A stretch of 43,803 nt of DNA from sequence record DRR378314_797; one strand, written 5' to 3'. Both the position numbers and the translations under genes were made by a program. Below are positions 37,274 through 43,803 of the stretch, one piece after another. Positions within the stretch are counted from its first letter, which is position 1. Every line of letters begins with the position of its first letter. The notes under the pieces were generated by a model. It did no database searches. It saw only the letters and a program-made list of their open reading frames with translations, and was not told where the DNA came from.

Positions 37274-37750
37274 ATGAACAAGGACAATGAGCAACGGGCT
37301 ACTGTAATAGATTCCCTCCTTAAAAATAAGGCCACGAATTGGCAGGAAGTCCTTTCCACTGTGATTTCCGCTTTTGACTGTACTACGGGTACTATTCATT
37401 TTTTGGATGAAAAATCCGGATTGTTAAAGGTCCAGGCGCATCAAGGCATTCCACCCTTTTTAATCCCCAAACTTTCCGAGATTCCAATTGGTAAGGGAAT
37501 GGCGGGAATAGCGGCGGAGCGGCGTGAACCGGTTGAAATGTGCAACCTACAAACCGATGATTCCGGGGTGGCGCGTCCTGCAGCCAAAGAAACAAAAGTT
37601 GAAGGCTCCATAGCTGCTCCAATGATGCTCAATGGGAAATTATTTGGAACCTTGGGAATTGCCAAACCCGTTCCTTATGATTTTACAGAGGAAGAAGTGA
37701 GCGATCTTTTAACTATTGGCGAAAAAATTTGTAAGGCAATAAGCTCATAG
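37274..37750 (+). CDS. Stand-alone GAF domain protein
   Basis: IPIGKGMAGIAAERREPV, SIAAPM...FGTLGI and FTEEE. ATG 37274 is preferred over TTG 37241. Confidence 0.82.
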   Translation: MNKDNEQRATVIDSLLKNKATNWQEVLSTVISAFDCTTGTIHFLDEKSGLLKVQAHQGIPPFLIPKLSEIPIGKGMAGIAAERREPVEMCNLQTDDSGVARPAAKETKVEGSIAAPMMLNGKLFGTLGIAKPVPYDFTEEEVSDLLTIGEKICKAISS

Positions 37751-37808
37751 ACACCTTGGCCCAATGGCATTCTTAAAGTCTTAATACAAATACATTAGTG
37801 CATCTACA

Positions 37809-37851
37809 AAATTAAACAAGGACTTTCGTTTGGAAAGTCCTTGTTTAATTT
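37809..37851. terminator. Bidirectional terminator with a 19-bp perfect stem
   Basis: AAATTAAACAAGGACTTTC-gtttg-GAAAGTCCTTGTTTAATTT between the convergent GAF gene and murA. Confidence 0.8.
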
Positions 37852-37869
37852 ATAATGTTTTATTCTTGA

Positions 37870-39177
37870 TTATACTCTGGTGATCTTGGCACCAATAGCC
37901 CTCAATCTTGTATCTATATTTTCGTAACCCCTATCTATCTGTTCAATATTATGAATGGTAGAAGTGCCTTTAGCGGACAAGGCTGCTATCAGCAAAGAAA
38001 CACCCGCCCTAATGTCCGGAGACACCATGGTGGTGGCTTTTAGGCTGGATTTGAAGTTATGACCTATAACAGTAGCCCTATGTGGATCGCAAAGAATAAT
38101 CTTGGCCCCCATATCTATTAATTTATCCACAAAGAACAAACGGCTTTCAAACATTTTTTGATGGATCAAGACCTCGCCTTTTGCTTGGGTGGCCATTACC
38201 AGAATAATACTCAACAAGTCTGGCGTAAGGCCAGGCCATGGCGCATCTGCCACGGTTAAAATGGAACCGTCTATATAATTCTGGATCTCATAACCATCCT
38301 TATGCTCGGGAATAACGATATCGTCCCCTTTTCGCTCTAGCTGTATCCCCAACTTTCTAAAAACAGTAGGAATTTGGCCCAAATCGTCCCAACTAACATC
38401 TTTAATCGTTAGATTGCTCCTAGTCATTGCGGCCAGGCCGATCCAACTACCGATTTCGATCATATCCGGAAGCATACGGTGGTCTGTGCCTCCAAGGCTA
38501 TCAACACCTTCTATTTCCAATAGATTGGAGCCGATTCCCGTAATTTTGGCTCCCATCCTATTCAGCATTTTGCACAATTGCTGTAAATAAGGTTCACAGG
38601 CTGCATTGTATATGGTGGTTTTGCCATCCGCAAGTACTGCGGCCATAACAATATTCGCTGTTCCGGTAACCGAAGCCTCATCCAAGAGCATATAGGTGCC
38701 CTTCAATTTTTTGGCTTCAACACCATAAAAGTGTTCCTCCTTATTATATCTAAATTTGGCACCCAATTTTATAAAACCTTCAAAGTGGGTATCCAATCGC
38801 CTACGTCCTATTTTATCACCGCCCGGTTTTGGAATATATCCCTTACCAAATCGCGCCAATAATGGACCTACGAGCATAATGGACCCCCTAAGGCCCCTTC
38901 CGTCCTCTTTAAATTGGGCAGATTGCAGGTATTCCAAATTAATGTCATCTGCCATAAAAGTATAAGACCCTTGACCTTTCTTTTGGATCTTAACACCCAA
39001 ATCCTCCAATAAGGATATCAGTTTGTTTACGTCTACAATATCCGGGATATTGGTAATCGATACTTTTTCTGAAGTAAGTAGTACGGCACAGAGTATTTGT
39101 AATGCTTCATTCTTTGCCCCTTGCGGTGTAATCTCACCATGTAATTGATGACCGCCTTCTATTCTAAATGTTCCCAT
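37870..39177 (-). CDS. murA: UDP-N-acetylglucosamine 1-carboxyvinyltransferase
   Basis: GAKNEAL, PGGDKIGRR, SVTGTANI, EP, FESRL, DIRAG and IDRGYE motifs. Confidence 0.96.
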   Translation of the reverse strand: MGTFRIEGGHQLHGEITPQGAKNEALQILCAVLLTSEKVSITNIPDIVDVNKLISLLEDLGVKIQKKGQGSYTFMADDINLEYLQSAQFKEDGRGLRGSIMLVGPLLARFGKGYIPKPGGDKIGRRRLDTHFEGFIKLGAKFRYNKEEHFYGVEAKKLKGTYMLLDEASVTGTANIVMAAVLADGKTTIYNAACEPYLQQLCKMLNRMGAKITGIGSNLLEIEGVDSLGGTDHRMLPDMIEIGSWIGLAAMTRSNLTIKDVSWDDLGQIPTVFRKLGIQLERKGDDIVIPEHKDGYEIQNYIDGSILTVADAPWPGLTPDLLSIILVMATQAKGEVLIHQKMFESRLFFVDKLIDMGAKIILCDPHRATVIGHNFKSSLKATTMVSPDIRAGVSLLIAALSAKGTSTIHNIEQIDRGYENIDTRLRAIGAKITRV

Positions 39178-39192
39178 TAAGGTTGGAGAAGA

Positions 39193-39846
39193 TTAATACC
39201 GCTTTTTACCGCGGTTTTGATTTCTTTGCGTTTTTTTACCAGAACTGGTCCTAGGTGTTTTTGCCACACGATTTTTAAGGAATTGGCCACTTTCGGTCAA
39301 GTTTTCCCCTTCTTTGGCAAGATCTATTTGTCCGTCGCTCAACTCGTAAAGATGCTTAAAAATGGCCTTGTCGTCTACTGTGTCCTTGTTCCAATTAAGG
39401 TAACACTTTTTCATGTGGTTGGCTATGGCATATTCCAATCCGTCGCGCATATCACCTTTTTCCCACTTAACGGCCACATCGATCATACGTTTTATGTTGT
39501 TTCCATAAAACCTATATTTCGGAAAATTTTGAGGGTATTCCAATGGATCGGGACGCTTTTGCAAGGTCTCTTTAGAGGTGATGGGAAATGGCGATTCCAC
39601 GTTCAATTTAAAATCGGACATGATAAACAACTGGTCCCATAGTTTATGTTGAAAATCGGGTACATCCCTCAAATGTGGCTGAATATTGCCCATAACACTT
39701 ATGATAGCCTGGGCCACACGGTTACGTTCCGCATCGTCCTCTATGGAGATGGCATGGTCCACCATTTTCTGGAAATGACGCCCATACTCGGGTATAATGA
39801 GCTTTGGTCGCTCAGTATTGTATTCTAAGTTTTCTACTAAATTCAA
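39193..39846 (-). CDS. DUF4290 protein
   Basis: LEYNTERPKLIIPEYGR, HKLWDQL, YRFYGNNI and IANHMKK motifs; upstream of murA. Confidence 0.85.
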   Translation of the reverse strand: MNLVENLEYNTERPKLIIPEYGRHFQKMVDHAISIEDDAERNRVAQAIISVMGNIQPHLRDVPDFQHKLWDQLFIMSDFKLNVESPFPITSKETLQKRPDPLEYPQNFPKYRFYGNNIKRMIDVAVKWEKGDMRDGLEYAIANHMKKCYLNWNKDTVDDKAIFKHLYELSDGQIDLAKEGENLTESGQFLKNRVAKTPRTSSGKKTQRNQNRGKKRY

Positions 39847-39933
39847 ATTGAGATATTTATTGCTATTTATTTATGATAAGGAAGTGCTCTTATAACGTCT
39901 GCAAATTAACAAAATTATGCTAGAAATACTATT

Positions 39934-40221
39934 TTAGAGTGATATTACCCCTTTAACCTCCCCTACTTCCTTGTATTTACGTATTACTTCATCAGGATTT
40001 TTAAGGTTCACCGTAATGCTCAAGCTGGTATATTTTGCATTTTTGGATTGCTTGGATTCGATTACCGCCCCCGTATTATCAAAAATATCCTGTATCTGTT
40101 TAATCTTTGCTGTGTCGGTAGGTACTATAAACTTGTACAGGTAGTTCGAAGGCCATTTGCTACTTTCAGCCAATTGTTCCCGTAATCTACCATAAAATTC
40201 CTCTGATTTATCCTGATCCAT
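39934..40221 (-). CDS. DUF493 (YbeD-like) protein
   Basis: WPSNYLYKFIVP, SKNAKYTSLS and GVISL motifs. A TATATTTG -7 element lies at 40235-40242 on the minus strand. Confidence 0.82.
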   Translation of the reverse strand: MDQDKSEEFYGRLREQLAESSKWPSNYLYKFIVPTDTAKIKQIQDIFDNTGAVIESKQSKNAKYTSLSITVNLKNPDEVIRKYKEVGEVKGVISL

Positions 40222-40313
40222 GCCAATGTTTTTGCAAATATATAAAGTATCATTGTCAATTTTTTAATCTTAGGCCTATTTCATTACTTTGCAACACCAT
40301 TTTATGCATGTAA

Positions 40314-40880
40314 TTGCAAAACCTTAAACACCGCTATTTGGATTTAGAAAGAATTGTCATCACAGGTGGACCCAGTACGGGAAAGACATCTATCATAGAA
40401 ATAATTGAAAGGGAAGGCTTCTTTTGTTTTAGTGAAATATCCCGCGAGATTACCCTGGAAGCCAGGCAGCAAGGAATTCCACAGTTATTTGTTTCGGATC
40501 CTTTACTGTTTAGCGAAAGAATTATGGACGGCCGGATCAGGCAATTTCAAGCAGCCAGTGAGGTAGACAGACCCATTGTTTTTTATGATCGCGGTATACC
40601 GGACGTAGTGGCCTATATGGATTGTTTTGGTCAGTCCTATGGTGAGCATTTTGTAGAGAGCTGTAAGAATTACAGATACGACCACGTATTTTTACTGCCA
40701 CCTTGGAAAGAAATACACGAGTCCGACAATGAGCGCTATGAAAACTTTGAGGAGGCAGAGCGTATCCATACCTTTTTGGAAAAGGCCTACAGCACATATG
40801 GCTACAAAATTATAAATGTACCCAAGGAAACCGTAGAAGGAAGAGTTACCTTTATACTTAATAAATTAAAAAGGCTATAG
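40314..40880 (+). CDS. P-loop ATPase/kinase (AAA_28, NadR/ttd14-like)
   Basis: Walker A ITGGPSTGKTS, FYDRGIPD, LPPW and DNERYE. The true start may be TTG 40338. Confidence 0.82.
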   Translation: MQNLKHRYLDLERIVITGGPSTGKTSIIEIIEREGFFCFSEISREITLEARQQGIPQLFVSDPLLFSERIMDGRIRQFQAASEVDRPIVFYDRGIPDVVAYMDCFGQSYGEHFVESCKNYRYDHVFLLPPWKEIHESDNERYENFEEAERIHTFLEKAYSTYGYKIINVPKETVEGRVTFILNKLKRL

Positions 40881-42784
40881 TGCAGCAGCACCCTAAGGAT
40901 ATACTGGAAAAATTTTGGGGGTTTCCTGATTTTAAAAATTCCCAGGAAGACATCATAAGCGCCGTATTGAACGGACAGGATGTTTTGGCCCTGCTCCCAA
41001 CGGGAGGTGGCAAATCCTTGTGCTTTCAGGTACCGGCATTGGGCCGAGAAGGTATTTGCATTGTGGTATCGCCCTTAATAGCCTTGATCCGAAACCAGGT
41101 AGACACCCTAAAAAAATTGGGCATAAAGGCTATTGCCCTAACTGGAGGTATTTCTTTTGACGAAGTAAACAACCTTTTGGACAATTGCCTGTATGGCAAC
41201 TATAAATTCCTATACCTTTCCCCGGAAAGACTGCAACAGGAATTGGTACAGGAGCGCATCCGGCAAATGAACGTTAACCTTATTGCTATTGACGAAGCGC
41301 ATTGCATTAGTCAATGGGGCAACGATTTTAGACCTGCCTACTTGGAATGCCATATTTTAAAGGAATTGGCACCTAATGTGCCTATGATAGCATTGACCGC
41401 CACGGCTACGGAGATGGTGGTCAAGGATATCTGCAACAATTTACATTTGGAACAACCATTGGTGGTGAAGGATTCTTTTTCCAGAAACAATATTACTTTT
41501 AATGTCTACTGGGAGGAGGATAAAAAATACCGCCTTAAGGAATTGTGCGCCCAGACCAATACGAGCAGCATAGTGTATGTACGAAGTAGAAAAATGACCA
41601 TGGAATTGGCCTATTACCTATCCCAGCAAGGACATACGGCCACCTTTTTTCACGGTGGTATTTCCAAAAAGGACAAGGATACCAGATTAAACCAGTGGTT
41701 GGAAAACAAGGTAAAGATCATGGTGGCCACCAATGCTTTTGGAATGGGGATCGATAAACCGGATGTTGGACTTGTGGTACATTACCAAATTCCGGACAGT
41801 ATGGAAAATTACTTTCAGGAGGCCGGAAGGGCCGGAAGGGACGGAAAACCGGCAAATGCTGCCTTAATTACCAACCCCACGGACGAGGGCCAGGTACGAA
41901 AACAATTTTTAGGGGTCTTGCCCGATGTGGACTTTCTTAAGTTGTTGTACCGAAAACTGGCCAACTATTTTCAGATTCCCTTTGGGGAAGGCAGTGGCGA
42001 AACCTTTCAATTGCCCTTCAATTCCTTTTGCGAAACCTACAAACTAAATACTACCTTAACGTATAACGGTTTAAGGCTGTTGGATCAAAACTCCGTTATA
42101 TCCCTGACCGAGGCATTTTCACAAAGAACAAGTATACGGATGATAGCTTCCAAGCATCAAATATTTGAATACCTGGAAAAAAACCGGGCATCGGCAACTA
42201 TAGTCCAAACCATTCTTAGAACTTACGGTGGTATATTCGATTTTGACACCAAAATCAATCCCCTATTGATTTCGCGAAAAGCCAACACAAGCGAAAATGA
42301 GGTAATAGCGGTATTGGAAAAAATGGAAAAAGATGAAATAATCGAATACCATGCCCAACACAGTGATCTGGAAATTACATTTTTGGTACCCAGGGAGGAT
42401 GAACGTACTATCAATATCTTCTCAAAAAAAATAAAACAGATACAGCAGGTTAAAAAGGACAATGTAGAAAGTATGTTGGCCTATATAAAGGATTCCAAAC
42501 TATGCAGAAGTCGGCACATTCTTAAATACTTTGGTGAAGCTAGCAAGGAGAACTGTGGTAAATGTGACGTATGTCTGCAAAAGAATCCTATAAACAATGA
42601 CATTATTAAAATCATAGAACAGGATATTCTACAAATTTTGATGGTGAGAAAAGAAAGTTCCAGAGAGCTGATAAAATTACTGACCTATAAGGAAAGTTCC
42701 ATTATTTTGGCCTTACAGCGATTATTGGAAGAGAGGAGAATAAGCTTAAATTCTATTAACCAGTACGAAATAATCAAAAAATGA
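40880..42784 (+). CDS. recQ: RecQ-family ATP-dependent DNA helicase (no HRDC domain seen)
   Basis: PTGGGKSLC, DEAHCISQWG, ALTATA, ATNAFGMGIDK, QEAGRAGRDG and Zn site CR...CGKCDVC. Confidence 0.92.
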   Translation: MQQHPKDILEKFWGFPDFKNSQEDIISAVLNGQDVLALLPTGGGKSLCFQVPALGREGICIVVSPLIALIRNQVDTLKKLGIKAIALTGGISFDEVNNLLDNCLYGNYKFLYLSPERLQQELVQERIRQMNVNLIAIDEAHCISQWGNDFRPAYLECHILKELAPNVPMIALTATATEMVVKDICNNLHLEQPLVVKDSFSRNNITFNVYWEEDKKYRLKELCAQTNTSSIVYVRSRKMTMELAYYLSQQGHTATFFHGGISKKDKDTRLNQWLENKVKIMVATNAFGMGIDKPDVGLVVHYQIPDSMENYFQEAGRAGRDGKPANAALITNPTDEGQVRKQFLGVLPDVDFLKLLYRKLANYFQIPFGEGSGETFQLPFNSFCETYKLNTTLTYNGLRLLDQNSVISLTEAFSQRTSIRMIASKHQIFEYLEKNRASATIVQTILRTYGGIFDFDTKINPLLISRKANTSENEVIAVLEKMEKDEIIEYHAQHSDLEITFLVPREDERTINIFSKKIKQIQQVKKDNVESMLAYIKDSKLCRSRHILKYFGEASKENCGKCDVCLQKNPINNDIIKIIEQDILQILMVRKESSRELIKLLTYKESSIILALQRLLEERRISLNSINQYEIIKK

Positions 42785-43728
42785 GCAAACCACGAATAGT
42801 ATTTATGGGTACCCCGGATTTTGCCGTGGCCATTTTGGACAAGCTAGTTAAAAGCGACAGTAATATTGTGGGAGTAATTACTGCTCCCGACAAGCCGGCC
42901 GGCCGTGGGAGAAAATTACACGAATCGGCCGTGAAGGTTTATGCCATGGAACATGGACTAAAAATTATGCAGCCCACCAATTTAAAGGATCCCAATTTTA
43001 TAGAGGAATTGGAAGGATTACATCCGGAGCTTCAGATTGTGGTGGCTTTTAGAATGCTGCCCAAAGCGGTTTGGGATATGCCAAAGTTGGGCACTTTTAA
43101 CCTTCACGCTTCCCTCCTGCCCCAATACCGTGGAGCGGCCCCAATTAATTGGGCTATTATCAACGGAGAGCAGGAAACTGGGGTGACCACCTTCTTTATT
43201 GACGATAAAATTGATACTGGGGCCATATTACTTCAAAAGAAAACCAACATTTCGGAAGAGGATACTGCCGGCACTTTGCACGATAAGCTGATGCATTTGG
43301 GAGCAGACCTAGTATTGGAAACTATTAACAAATTGGAGAATAAAGAAATAGCCCCATCCAAGCAGCAGGAAAATAGACCCTTAAAGGAAGCGCACAAAAT
43401 CCACAAAGAGACCTGTGAAATTGATTGGAACCAGGATATTACAGGCATATATAATTTTATTAGGGGATTAAGCCCCTTTCCCACCGCATGGACTACCCTG
43501 CACAACGGGGAGGATGATCTGTTCCTAAAGATATACTCCGCCAAAAAGGATTTGGAACCCCACCAATTAAAGGTAGGGACAGTTGCTGCCACCAAAAACG
43601 AACTAAAGGTAGCCGTAAAGGGAGGTTACATCAATTTATTGGAAATTCAACTGCCCGGAAAAAGAAAAATGACCACCAAAGAGGTGTTGAACGGATTAAA
43701 ATTGGCAGAAAACGCCTATGTTGGGTAA
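42781..43728 (+). CDS. fmt: Methionyl-tRNA formyltransferase
   Basis: FMGTPDFA, PDKPAGRG, NLHASLLPQYRGAAPI and ETGVT motifs. Confidence 0.97.
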   Translation: MSKPRIVFMGTPDFAVAILDKLVKSDSNIVGVITAPDKPAGRGRKLHESAVKVYAMEHGLKIMQPTNLKDPNFIEELEGLHPELQIVVAFRMLPKAVWDMPKLGTFNLHASLLPQYRGAAPINWAIINGEQETGVTTFFIDDKIDTGAILLQKKTNISEEDTAGTLHDKLMHLGADLVLETINKLENKEIAPSKQQENRPLKEAHKIHKETCEIDWNQDITGIYNFIRGLSPFPTAWTTLHNGEDDLFLKIYSAKKDLEPHQLKVGTVAATKNELKVAVKGGYINLLEIQLPGKRKMTTKEVLNGLKLAENAYVG

Positions 43729-43803
43729 ACCCCTATGTTCATTGGGGGTGTGGGAAATCGTAAAAAAAACCCTACTTTATCAACAAACGTTTCAAGTTAT
43801 CAA

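Noticed and set aside
39217-39642. 141-aa plus-strand ORF
   Set aside because: Antisense shadow of the DUF4290 gene.
41820-41848. GGCCGGAAG tandem repeat
   Set aside because: Encodes helicase motif VI (AGRAGRDG).
1-43803. IS elements, integrase, prophage, CRISPR-Cas, toxin-antitoxin or anti-phage defence genes, and the remaining short ORF-track entries
   Set aside because: No such motifs recognised. The remaining 60-140 aa ORFs overlap well-supported genes on the opposite strand or in another frame. No frameshifted pseudogene was evident.

Overview
This 43.8-kb window comes from a Flavobacteriaceae (Bacteroidota) chromosome, judged from TTTG-N19-TAnnTTTG promoters, a SusC/SusD pair, fused CcsBA and signal peptides cleaved before Gln. 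It starts in the 5' end of a minus-strand tRNA (probably His). Housekeeping-type blocks are bshB1/PLP lyase/MATE/ccsBA; DUF2520-kdsC-maf-lipoprotein-mscS; a secreted PIG-L deacetylase with a sodium:solute symporter; murA-DUF4290-DUF493; and AAA ATPase-recQ-fmt. Two accessory-looking blocks are also present. One is a LacI-regulated SusC/SusD locus with no recognisable CAZyme, only an ASPIC/UnbV double-propeller lipoprotein and a DUF5107-TPR protein. The other is a run of small genes (Crp, pirin, YjdJ/YjdI, TIM-barrel protein, SemiSWEET, VOC, GAF). The best unannotated signals are: (1) an 18-aa leader peptide with an RLR macrolide-arrest motif inside a terminator-like hairpin upstream of the MATE pump; (2) the CAZyme-less PUL and its palindromic operator; (3) a 33-aa membrane microprotein between the PIG-L deacetylase and the symporter; (4) an internal signal-peptide-like A|Q site in CcsBA. 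No CRISPR array, IS element or prophage was seen. All family calls come from motif recognition by eye, not database searches.
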